Of a DNA stretch of 64,000 nucleotides, positions 55,931 through 64,000 are shown piece by piece. A program made the translations under genes and the position numbers. Origin of the DNA: Hyphomicrobium sp. GTDB lineage: Bacteria; Pseudomonadota; Alphaproteobacteria; Rhizobiales; Hyphomicrobiaceae. The stretch is from positions 13,775 through 77,774 of the forward strand of contig NZ_DASZTY010000037.1 in NCBI RefSeq assembly GCF_035548195.1, read 5' to 3'. The stretch's first letter is position 1, and every line of letters begins with the position of its first letter. Under the pieces are notes generated by a model. The model was not told the DNA's origin, did not search any database, and saw only the letters and a list, made by a program, of their open reading frames with translations.

Positions 55931-56015
55931 AGGGCTCTCCTGACGTTAGGCCCCGCCTGGGGCATGACCGGCTTTTTGGCACGGTGTCCATGATTTGCCA
56001 AGCAACGGACTGCGA

Positions 56016-56054
56016 CCAAAAATCAACAGGCCAGCATCAAGGACGCCAGCCTGT
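56016..56054 (-). terminator. intrinsic terminator after rpmF
   Basis: The minus strand has ACAGGCTGGC...GCTGGCCTGT (stem with a 2x2 internal mismatch) followed by TGATTTTTGG. Confidence 0.55.
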
Positions 56055-56082
56055 CCGATTTATGGCGGTCATAAGTGCGCGC

Positions 56083-56268
56083 TTATTCTTCGGCAGCGGG
56101 CGGCAGAATTTGACGGCCGCGATACTTGCCCGACTTTAAGTCGATATGATGCGGCCGACGGCGCTCGCCGCTGTCCTTGTCTTCGACATAAGCCGGCGCC
56201 TTCAGCGCGTCATGGGAACGCCGCTGACCCCGCTTCATCGGGGATGTTTTCTTGCGCGGAACTGCCAT
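56083..56268 (-). CDS. rpmF: 50S ribosomal protein L32
   Basis: 61 aa, [23 protein letters not shown]... Confidence 0.95.
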   Translation of the reverse strand: MAVPRKKTSPMKRGQRRSHDALKAPAYVEDKDSGERRRPHHIDLKSGKYRGRQILPPAAEE

Positions 56269-56481
56269 CGTCTTGCTCCAGATTTGACCCCGCGCAAATG
56301 CAACGGAGCCGCCGAACTCGCGGCGGAAATGCCGAACGGTATATTGATTGCGGATTGGCCAAGCAACGCCGCGCTGGCGCGACGCTCAGAACCCAGGGCG
56401 CGGCTTATACGCAAAATCCCAAAGAAACGCCAGTCCCCCTGTAATTCGGGCCTCCGGGACGACAATTTGGTCGCGGGCCGG

Positions 56482-57867
56482 TCAGGGTCGGCGGCGCGGC
56501 AGAACGCAGCTTGTCCGGCTGTAGGGGGTGATGCGCATACGAAATTGGACCACCCGCGCCAGCCGCTGCAGACCGGGGCCGGGTCTAGCCGGGTTCCGGA
56601 TTATGGGATTTGGCAGGACAACGGCAAGACGGGACGCCTGGCCCGCGCTTAATGTCCTGGCGCTCTTATGAAAGCGAAATTGCGACGCGGCTTCGATTCC
56701 GAAGATGCCCGGGCCCCACTCGGCGATGTTGAGATAGACTTCCATAATCCGCCGTTTGGGCCAGATCAGCTCCATTATGAACGTCAGAGGCAGCTCGATC
56801 GCTTTGCGCACATAGCTTTTCGACGTCCACAGAAACAGGTTCTTGACGACCTGCATCGAAATCGTGCTGGCGCCGCGTGCCGATCTGGTTCCTACCTCCT
56901 CGACGGCCTCCTGAAGCGCCCCGAAATCGACGCCGTGGTGCTCGCAGAACCGGCCGTCCTCGCTTGCGATGACGGCACGAATGATGTTCGGCGACATTTG
57001 CTCGATCGGCACCCACATCTGCGTGACTTTCTGACCGGCAAGCCAACGTTGCAGCATAAGCGTCGAGGCAGGTGGGTCGACGAAGCGATAGACGATCATT
57101 AGAGCCAGGACGACGGCAAACCATCCGACTAAGGCCCAGGCGACTATACGTATGAGGCGGCGCGCGAGTAGACCGTAACGGGCTTGCCGATCCAGCCGAT
57201 ATTCAGGCGAAACGGGAAGCACGTCCGGGCGCACGCGGGGCTCCGGAACGAAAGATTTAAAGGTGCTTGCCCCGTGCTGACGTGGCATTTCCAATCGAGG
57301 GGCGCCGGGCACGAGACTCCCGAGGTCGGGAGGGGCGGTCGCGAGGGCTGCCCGCTTGGGCAACAAATCGCCGACGGTCGACGGTCCGGCAGTATCGGCT
57401 TCGACGGCGGTGAGGGATCTTGTTGAAGCCTCGGCGTCGATTTCGGAAAAAACGGATTCTATCGCGGAAAGCGGTTCGGTTGTTGCAACGCGCGGATGCA
57501 GCGAGTCTGCTTGCCGAGTTGCGGAATTTGCAAAGGCGGGACCGGAACGAAGAAAGACGCGGGGGGGCATCGGCGCCGGCGGCGGTACACTGTCGACGAC
57601 CTCCGGCCGTTCCGGTTCGCGAAAGGCCAGCGGCGGCAACGGCAGCGGCGGACTCAACGGGCCCAGACCCTCACAGTTACCAGCGGTTCCGTTCTCAGGA
57701 GAGGCCGCAAATGGCGCTTCCTCTGCCGGTGTGGCGGCGGCAGGCAGCGCGGCAGATGGCTGGGGTGCGTCCCGCTGTCGATCCATGCTTTGCTTATGCC
57801 GATTGCAGTGCGATACCGCGTCGGCCGGTAGCACCGAACAATGGCCATGTTGAGTGCCGACTCGCAT
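56482..57867 (-). CDS. mtgA: monofunctional biosynthetic peptidoglycan transglycosylase with long Pro-rich N-terminal extension
   Basis: The C-terminal 230 aa or so form a GT51 domain (IASEDGRFCEHHGVD, RGASTISMQVVKNLFLW, EVYLNIAEWGPGIFG) preceded by a TM (IVAWALVGWFAVVLALMIVY). The upstream 230 codons are open and Pro/Ala-rich. The true start is uncertain (57867, 57786 or internal). Confidence 0.8.
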   Translation of the reverse strand: MRVGTQHGHCSVLPADAVSHCNRHKQSMDRQRDAPQPSAALPAAATPAEEAPFAASPENGTAGNCEGLGPLSPPLPLPPLAFREPERPEVVDSVPPPAPMPPRVFLRSGPAFANSATRQADSLHPRVATTEPLSAIESVFSEIDAEASTRSLTAVEADTAGPSTVGDLLPKRAALATAPPDLGSLVPGAPRLEMPRQHGASTFKSFVPEPRVRPDVLPVSPEYRLDRQARYGLLARRLIRIVAWALVGWFAVVLALMIVYRFVDPPASTLMLQRWLAGQKVTQMWVPIEQMSPNIIRAVIASEDGRFCEHHGVDFGALQEAVEEVGTRSARGASTISMQVVKNLFLWTSKSYVRKAIELPLTFIMELIWPKRRIMEVYLNIAEWGPGIFGIEAASQFRFHKSARTLSAGQASRLAVVLPNPIIRNPARPGPGLQRLARVVQFRMRITPYSRTSCVLPRRRP

Positions 57868-57900
57868 ACCGGCTGGGCCACACGAGGAAGGTAGGGGGTA

Positions 57901-58806
57901 GTGTCACAATTTCTGACCCAGCTTGGCAATGGCGCAATAGCCGTTGAGGCTTTTCTCTCGAATGTTTTAGAGGAACAGCGTGCCGCTGGCACCCCGGTTC
58001 GCCTGGCGGAAGCATTGCGCCACGCGGTACTTGCAGGGGGCAAGCGCTTCCGGCCATTTCTCGTATTTCAAAGCGCCGCACTGTTCGGCGTTCCGCAGGA
58101 CGTGGCACTACCTGCCGCCGCTGCGCTCGAATGCATCCATTGCTATTCCCTCGTGCATGACGACCTTCCGGCGATGGACAACGACGAGCTTCGCCGCGGG
58201 CGGCCGACGGTTTGGAAAGCCTACGATGAGTGGACGGCTATTCTCGTGGGCGATGCGCTGCAATCGCTGGCTTTCGAACTCGCCAGCGATGCGCATCGAC
58301 AGGGCGATGCGGCCGTACGCGCGGAACTTGTACATGCGCTTGCAGTCGCTTCCGGGCCGATCGGCATGGTCGGCGGGCAGATGCTCGATCTTGAGGCCGG
58401 GAATCTTCCGGATCAGCCCACTGCTACCGTCGCAGATGTAACCCGCCTGCAGTCGATGAAGACCGGCAAACTCATCACGGTCGCGTGTGAAATGGGCGCG
58501 ATATTAGGCCGAGCTTCAGCGAAAGATGCTGCGGCCTTAAAAAGCTATGGCGAGCATCTCGGCGTCGCCTTTCAGATCAGCGACGATTTACTCGATGCTG
58601 AGGGAACGGCTGCCGAGGTCGGTAAAGCGACGGGAAAGGATGCTGCCGCGGGCAAGGCGACGCTCGTCGGTTTGCTAGGGATTGAGCAAGCGCGCGCGCA
58701 TCTCAATGCGTCAATCAATAGTGCGATCGCGGCCCTAAGTTCATTCGATGCAAAAGCAGAGCCCCTGGCCGAGGCTGCGCGATACATGGGACGCCGCGAC
58801 AGCTAG
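57901..58806 (+). CDS. ispA: farnesyl diphosphate synthase (geranyltranstransferase)
   Basis: 301 aa with a GTG start. Motifs: GGKRFRP, first DDxxD in LVHDDLPAMDNDELRRG, and second in FQISDDLLD. Confidence 0.9.
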   Translation: MSQFLTQLGNGAIAVEAFLSNVLEEQRAAGTPVRLAEALRHAVLAGGKRFRPFLVFQSAALFGVPQDVALPAAAALECIHCYSLVHDDLPAMDNDELRRGRPTVWKAYDEWTAILVGDALQSLAFELASDAHRQGDAAVRAELVHALAVASGPIGMVGGQMLDLEAGNLPDQPTATVADVTRLQSMKTGKLITVACEMGAILGRASAKDAAALKSYGEHLGVAFQISDDLLDAEGTAAEVGKATGKDAAAGKATLVGLLGIEQARAHLNASINSAIAALSSFDAKAEPLAEAARYMGRRDS

Positions 58807-58836
58807 CCAAGGGCTCAAGCTTTCAAGTGATGCAGA

Positions 58837-59514
58837 TCAGAAGTGGTAGTTCAGGCCAACGCGCACGGTTTGAACATCGTTGTTGACTTTAAACGTATCA
58901 CCGTCGGCATTGTGGAGATTGTCGTCGCCAAAGCCGAGGTACAAATACTCGGCCTTGAGGCTCCACTTCGGTGCGAAAGCCCATTCGACGCCGCCGCCGA
59001 CGGCGTAACCCGTCTGCGTGCTATCGTCATGGAATGAAGGCGCTCCGACAAGATTCACGCGATTATCGATATCGGCGAACGCGACGCCGCCCGTTGCGTA
59101 GATGAGCCACGGGCCACTCGCAAAGCCAAGGCGGCCCCGCACAGTCGAGAACCAATCCATATTCGACCGGGCGGTGTCACCGTCGAATGTAAAAGCGGTG
59201 CCGCTAATGTCGCCGCCCTGAATATCGCCTTCCAAGCCGAAAACGATGCGATCCCTCTGCCAATTGTAGCCGATTTGGCCACCGCCGAAGCCGCCGTCCG
59301 GCTCGGTCGGTCCGCCATTAGACCAGCCATAACCACCGTTCGCGCCGATATAAGCGCCATCCCAAATGGCGGGCTGATAGATTGGTGCCGGTTCAGGCGG
59401 CGGAGGGTTATAAGGCTGATATGGTCCGAGATCCGCGGCCATGGCGCTTCCGCTTGCAGCCGCCAAAGTCGCAACACTGCCAAGCAGCATCCACTTCGCT
59501 TTATGCGCTTTCAT
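58837..59514 (-). CDS. outer-membrane beta-barrel protein (Omp25/Omp31/RopB-like porin family)
   Basis: Start refined to MKAHKAKWMLLGSVATLAAASGSAMA (signal peptide). Gly/aromatic-rich beta strands and a C-terminal ...VRVGLNYHF ending in Phe. Confidence 0.8.
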   Translation of the reverse strand: MKAHKAKWMLLGSVATLAAASGSAMAADLGPYQPYNPPPPEPAPIYQPAIWDGAYIGANGGYGWSNGGPTEPDGGFGGGQIGYNWQRDRIVFGLEGDIQGGDISGTAFTFDGDTARSNMDWFSTVRGRLGFASGPWLIYATGGVAFADIDNRVNLVGAPSFHDDSTQTGYAVGGGVEWAFAPKWSLKAEYLYLGFGDDNLHNADGDTFKVNNDVQTVRVGLNYHF

Positions 59515-59696
59515 TGATTTACCCCGTAAGAACTGAGCGTCATTGGCTCGTTGCCCCCAACAACGCGTCGCCTCGATATAGGGTTCCAATGCGGCAAATC
59601 CGATGCGCGATTCGGATGTCAGCTATGTCATAAATCGTTTGCTCGGTTGCGAGCATTTCGCGGGAGCCCGAAAAACGGGTTGTCCATTGTGCTGCA

Positions 59697-61019
59697 CTAA
59701 GCCCGAAGAGGGATGCGGCCCTTTTCCGCAGCAAATGCCTCTTTTCGAGCCATTCTTCTGTCGCGCATTTTGAGAAGCGGAAGCACCCAATGCGCGAGAC
59801 GAATTTCGCGCCGCGACTTTTCCGGATCGACGAGGTGCGTCGTCGGCAAGCGTTGCGTGAAGGACCGCTCCATCAACGTGCCGATCGGAAATTCCAATTC
59901 GTCCTGCATGGCGATCATGCGGGCGTAAAGATCCGACAATGGCGTTATGAGACGCCCGAAACCGTTTCGCGCTTGCGCCCAGCCGACGAGATAAAGTCCG
60001 CGAATGCCCGCCGGAAATGCACCGCCGTAGACCTGCACGACGTTGTTTTTAACTTGGACCAATCCCTCAGGAAGAAATGGAAAGGATGCGTGAAAGCCCG
60101 TTGCGGCGATAATCATGTCATAAACGCCGGTCGTTCCATCGACGAACGTCACGGTCTGTCCATCAACGTGATCTATTCCTGGGCGCGGTTTTACGCGGCC
60201 TAGCCGTATGGCGCTTAGAAGATCGGTTCCGAAGGCCGGGTGACGATCGAAGAGCTTATGATTTGGCCACGCCAAACCATAGCGGCGGTAATCGCCGATG
60301 CTGAGCTTTACGATTGCCTTGAGAATCGCGCGTTGGATGAAGATGGGCAGACCCCAGAGTGGGATATCCGTCAGTGGACGCCCCAAAAATGTTTTCGGCA
60401 AATACCAGTAGCCTGACCTTAGGCTGATATCGCAGCTCCTGCCAAAACGTCCGGCATCGCACGCCATATCGACGCCGGAGTTGCCGCCGCCGATGACAAG
60501 CACGCGCTTGCCTTCGACCTGCGAGACATCGCGATAATCTTTCGAATGCAAAATTTCGCCGGTAAACGTCCCGCGCAATTCGGGATAGCGTTTGTCCCAA
60601 TGATGCCCATTGCAGACGACAACGCCCTTGTAGATTCGCTCTTCGCCGTCCACGAACTTCACCGTCCAACGGCCATTCTCTTCGGGTGACGCGGCGGAAA
60701 CGCTTTTGTTGAACTCGCAGTGAGGGATCAGTCCGCGATCGTTGGCGAACGCTGTGAGATAGGAGAGCATTTGATCAGCCGAGGGAAAATCCGGAAAATC
60801 GGCCGGCATCGGATAGTCGGTGTATTCCGTCGCCTTCTTCGATGAGACGATATGGGCAGAGCGATAAACGCCGTGCAGCCAGTTTCCGCCAACGCCCGAA
60901 CCTGCGTCCACAACGTCGAACGGAATCCCGCGACGCTTCAGTGCCGCGGCCATTGCCAGACCGACCGGGCCGGCGCCGATTACGAGGTGGCGTTCGGACG
61001 TGCTGCTTCTATCGCTCAT
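59697..61019 (-). CDS. flavin-containing monooxygenase (NAD(P)/FAD-dependent oxidoreductase)
   Basis: Start refined to MSDRSSTSERHLVIGAGPVGLAMA (FAD GxGxxG). Second dinucleotide site VLVIGGGNSGVD. GVGGNW motif. Confidence 0.85.
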   Translation of the reverse strand: MSDRSSTSERHLVIGAGPVGLAMAAALKRRGIPFDVVDAGSGVGGNWLHGVYRSAHIVSSKKATEYTDYPMPADFPDFPSADQMLSYLTAFANDRGLIPHCEFNKSVSAASPEENGRWTVKFVDGEERIYKGVVVCNGHHWDKRYPELRGTFTGEILHSKDYRDVSQVEGKRVLVIGGGNSGVDMACDAGRFGRSCDISLRSGYWYLPKTFLGRPLTDIPLWGLPIFIQRAILKAIVKLSIGDYRRYGLAWPNHKLFDRHPAFGTDLLSAIRLGRVKPRPGIDHVDGQTVTFVDGTTGVYDMIIAATGFHASFPFLPEGLVQVKNNVVQVYGGAFPAGIRGLYLVGWAQARNGFGRLITPLSDLYARMIAMQDELEFPIGTLMERSFTQRLPTTHLVDPEKSRREIRLAHWVLPLLKMRDRRMARKEAFAAEKGRIPLRA

Positions 61020-61235
61020 GCGGAAGGCTATCCTTCGTGGCAAACGGCTGGCGACACCCCGCAAACGTGCTGGCCCTCGCTTGGGTCCCTCGCGGATGGG
61101 GTTATAAGCCCGTCACTATTAGCGCACGGCAGATACCGGCGCGAGCGAACGATCGTCGCAAAAACGCCGGCGGGGTCGTATTTATGTCGGTTAACTCTTG
61201 AGATCGTAAACAAAAATTGGGAATTCGCGCCTCGC

Positions 61236-62501
61236 TTACTCAGCGGCGTCGCTGCTGGCCGTCAAGGGTGCCGCGAAACGTCGTTCGATGTAATCCTCGA
61301 CGATCGCTTTGAACTCTGCGGCGATGTTGGGGCCCCGCAGGGTCATCGCCTTTTTGCCGTCGATGAAGACGGGCGCGGCGGGCTGTTCGCCGGTGCCTGG
61401 GAGCGAGATGCCGACGTCGGCATGCTTGCTTTCGCCCGGCCCGTTCACAATGCAGCCCATAACGGCGAAGTTCAGCGTTTCGACGCCGGGGTACCGTGTC
61501 TTCCAATCGGGCATGCGGTCACGGATCATGTCTTGTATATCGCGCGCAAGTTCCTGGAAGACGGTTGATGTCGTTCGTCCGCAACCGGGGCACGCGGCGA
61601 CGACCGGAACGAACGATCTGAGCCCCATCGTCTGCAGCAATTCCTGCGCCGTACGGACCTCCTGAGCACGATCGCCGCCGGGCTCGGGCGTCAATGAGAA
61701 GCGGATCGTGTCTCCGATACCGTTCTGCAGCAAAATGCCGATTGCGGCGGACGACGCGACGATGCCCTTCGATCCCATGCCCGCTTCGGTGAGTCCGAGG
61801 TGCAGCGCGTAACGGCTGCGTTGGGCCAGCATCTGGTAGACGGCAATCAGGTCCTGGACCGACGACACCTTGCCGGAAACGATAATCTTATCGGCGCCGA
61901 GGCCCATTTCCTCCGCGCGCTCGGCTGAGAGTATCGCCGACTGCACCATTGCTTCGTGCATCACCGCGCGGGCTGGCATCGGTTCGCCAGATTTGGCGTT
62001 CTCGTCCATCAAGTGCGTGAGAAGCTCGGCATCGAGAGAGCCCCAGTTGACGCCGATGCGCACCGGTTTGTTGTGACGTAGTGCCGTTTCGATGATAGCG
62101 CCAAACTGGCGATCGCGCTTGTCTTTGAAACCGACGTTGCCAGGATTGATGCGATACTTATCGAGCGCTTCGGCGCATGGCGGGTTTTCTCCGAGCAGCT
62201 TGTGGCCAATGTAGTGGAAATCCCCAATCAACGGGACGTTGACACCGCGCTTTCTCAGCTCGTCTCGAATGTGTGGGACGGCCTTAGCGGCCTCGTCGCG
62301 ATCGACCGTGATGCGGACGAGTTCAGAACCGGCGCGCGCCAGATCGGCAACTTGTTTCACCGTCGAAGCAACATCGGCAGTATCGGTATTGGTCATCGAT
62401 TGAACGACGACGGGCGCCCCGCCGCCGACCGTCACGCCGCCAACATTGACCGCGACCGTTTTATGACGCGGCTTCATGGTGATGCTGTCGCCAAGCGACA
62501 T
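61236..62501 (-). CDS. ispG: 4-hydroxy-3-methylbut-2-en-1-yl diphosphate synthase
   Basis: Start refined to [14 protein letters not shown] (alternative Met at 62477). Motifs: [26 protein letters not shown] and [10 protein letters not shown]. The 568-aa track ORF extension overlaps znuB and is rejected. Confidence 0.92.
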   Translation of the reverse strand: MSLGDSITMKPRHKTVAVNVGGVTVGGGAPVVVQSMTNTDTADVASTVKQVADLARAGSELVRITVDRDEAAKAVPHIRDELRKRGVNVPLIGDFHYIGHKLLGENPPCAEALDKYRINPGNVGFKDKRDRQFGAIIETALRHNKPVRIGVNWGSLDAELLTHLMDENAKSGEPMPARAVMHEAMVQSAILSAERAEEMGLGADKIIVSGKVSSVQDLIAVYQMLAQRSRYALHLGLTEAGMGSKGIVASSAAIGILLQNGIGDTIRFSLTPEPGGDRAQEVRTAQELLQTMGLRSFVPVVAACPGCGRTTSTVFQELARDIQDMIRDRMPDWKTRYPGVETLNFAVMGCIVNGPGESKHADVGISLPGTGEQPAAPVFIDGKKAMTLRGPNIAAEFKAIVEDYIERRFAAPLTASSDAAE

Positions 62502-62533
62502 CGGAAAACCTCTCAATGCCCCACGGCGACGTT

Positions 62534-63337
62534 CTAGCCTTGTCTGCGGCTTCCCGCCAGAAGCGATATGGCCGCGACGGTGCACATCGCAATCACGATG
62601 CTGGGGCCGCCCGGCAAATCGCTGGAAAGCGACAGCCAAAGTCCGAAAATTGTACTCATCACGGCGATTCCGGCGGCAAGCACAGCCATACGCTCGGGAG
62701 TCGACGATAGCGGCCGGGCGGCCACAGCCGGAACGACCAAAAATGCCATGACGAGCAAAATGCCGACGATTTTCATGGCAACGGCGATGACCACCGCCAG
62801 CAGAAGATCGAAAGCGGCGCGCGGCAGTTTCGGATTGACGCCTTCTGCGGTCGCCAAATCTTCGTGCAAGGATAAGCGCACGAGCGGCTTCCAGAGATAC
62901 AGCACGGCGCCGAGAACGGCTGCACCTCCGACATAGACCCAAACGAGGTCGTTCCGCGTCACCGCGAATACGTCGCCAAACAGATAGCTCATCAGATCGA
63001 TGCCCGGCCCTTTCGCGAGCGCGATCGCGACGATGCCGAGCGCCAGCGTCGCGTGGTGGGTTAAGCCCAGGGCGGAATCGAGCGGAACGAGCTGCTGGCG
63101 GCCAAGAACAGTCAGAATACCGGCCGCCACAATGGCCGCGATAACGACGGCAAGCGTCAGGTCAATATTTAAGGCGAGCCCCAACGCCACGCCCAAAAGA
63201 CCGGCTTGTGCCAAGGTTTCGCCCACGTACGACATGCGCCGCCAGACGACGATACAGCCAAGCGGCGCCGCAATGATTGCGAGGCCGACAGCCGCAAAAA
63301 GCGCGCGCCAAATGAAAGGCTCAGGCCAGGAAAACAC
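62534..63337 (-). CDS. znuB: zinc ABC transporter permease
   Basis: 267-aa polytopic [49 protein letters not shown]. Immediately downstream of znuC. Confidence 0.9.
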   Translation of the reverse strand: MFSWPEPFIWRALFAAVGLAIIAAPLGCIVVWRRMSYVGETLAQAGLLGVALGLALNIDLTLAVVIAAIVAAGILTVLGRQQLVPLDSALGLTHHATLALGIVAIALAKGPGIDLMSYLFGDVFAVTRNDLVWVYVGGAAVLGAVLYLWKPLVRLSLHEDLATAEGVNPKLPRAAFDLLLAVVIAVAMKIVGILLVMAFLVVPAVAARPLSSTPERMAVLAAGIAVMSTIFGLWLSLSSDLPGGPSIVIAMCTVAAISLLAGSRRQG

Positions 63338-64000
63338 TTAAGCCCCTCGCCCTTCGGATTCCGCATCATCCGGATGCCCCTCGCCGAGTGACATCGGTTC
63401 GCCGGTCAGGTCGTGCGCGTGATCGTGGTGATGGCGATAGACGCCAAGCGCGGCCGCACCCTTCGGACCAAAGATGCGCGCGTATTCTGCATGCTGGGAG
63501 ACGTGTTCGGGCTTTCCTGAACAGCAGACGTGGCCGTTGAGGCAAATGACGCGGTCGCTCTTGGCCATCACAACATGAAGATCGTGCGAGACGAGTAAGA
63601 TCCCGAGGTGACGCTGGTCGCGCAATTTTCCGACCAATTCGTAGAATTCCGCTTCTCCCGCGAAATCGACTCCGCGGGCGGGCTCGTCGAGGATCAACAG
63701 GTTGGGCTGGCGCAGCAATGCGCGCGCGATCAGAACGCGCTGCGTCTCACCGCCCGACAACCGCGATAACTGCTGGTGCATAGTGCGGAGCGCGCCGACC
63801 TCCGCAAGGGCGCTTTCGATCTCATCCTTCGAAGGGGTGCCGCCAAGTGCCAAAAATCCCTCGACGGTCATCGGGATAGCACGATCGACGTCGAACCGCT
63901 GCGGGACATAGCCGATGCGCGTGGACGGTGGCCGGACGATGCCCCCCCGATCGGGTTTCTCGATCCCGAGGACGAGCCTGACCAGCGTCGTCTTACCCGC
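63338..64000 (-). CDS. znuC: zinc ABC transporter ATP-binding protein (5' end beyond window)
   Basis: The reading frame is open to the window end. The upstream part reads AGKTTLVRLVLGIEKPDRGGIV...IGYVPQRF (end of Walker A). Then LSGGETQRVLIARAL, LLILDEPARGVD, and a His-rich C-tail YRHHHDHAHD. Confidence 0.9.
   Translation of the reverse strand, partial: AGKTTLVRLVLGIEKPDRGGIVRPPSTRIGYVPQRFDVDRAIPMTVEGFLALGGTPSKDEIESALAEVGALRTMHQQLSRLSGGETQRVLIARALLRQPNLLILDEPARGVDFAGEAEFYELVGKLRDQRHLGILLVSHDLHVVMAKSDRVICLNGHVCCSGKPEHVSQHAEYARIFGPKGAAALGVYRHHHDHAHDLTGEPMSLGEGHPDDAESEGRGA

Noticed and set aside
62502-62942. 147-codon upstream extension of ispG (568-aa track ORF)
   Set aside because: It overlaps the znuB coding region in another frame and translates to Arg-rich low-complexity sequence. 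IspG homology starts at [22 protein letters not shown].
1-64000. Mobile elements, CRISPR arrays, defence-island signatures and long direct or inverted repeats
   Set aside because: No transposase, integrase, Cas or reverse-transcriptase motifs appear in any listed ORF. No periodic short repeats are visible. By eye, GC content and codon usage show no obvious island-like shift apart from short intergenic AT-rich promoter regions. Gene content is typical core chromosome.

Overview
High-GC (about 60% by eye) alphaproteobacterial chromosomal segment. Gene content and synteny look Hyphomicrobiales/Rhizobiales-like, but the taxon is inference. The window is almost entirely core housekeeping. Main gene groups: (1) ffs-dnaX-ybaB-recR block with pheA, kdsB, an SDR and a MATE pump. 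(2) A yejA-yejA-yejB-yejE-yejF peptide ABC importer. (3) Envelope genes: Pro-rich OmpA-like protein, secreted SNase-type nuclease, pentapeptide-repeat protein, AsmA, ftsEX, DUF218-plsC, mtgA and an Omp25-like porin. (4) An arsR-SRPBCC operon next to an MFS pump. (5) A CoA-transferase, a TsdA-like dihaem cytochrome and an apbC/mrp fusion. (6) mobA-mobB-moaA. (7) A CpdR-like receiver, hpt and class II RNR nrdJ. (8) tyrC-hisC, metX-metW and gloB. (9) phaB, phaA and phaR. (10) A PAS-GGDEF-EAL protein, rpmF, ispA, ispG and znuBC. Many genes are translationally coupled through ATGA or short overlaps. I found no rRNA, tRNA, CRISPR array, transposase, integrase or prophage signature. The one RNA gene I can support is the SRP (4.5S) RNA, which is hidden under a spurious extension of the dnaX ORF. 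I did not find a convincing multi-gene novel system. The best second-look items are single loci: a monocistronic NYN + OST-HTH-like protein with an unassigned C-terminal domain, an AdoMetDC-fold protein with an altered self-processing site behind an unusual A-tract leader, a three-domain DUF59-Mrp-DUF971 fusion, a frameshifted GST, tandem ATAAC-N6-GTTAT operators in front of the arsR operon, and two small conserved-looking hypothetical proteins. All start-codon refinements and motif calls were made by eye from the sequence and ORF track. No database search was run.
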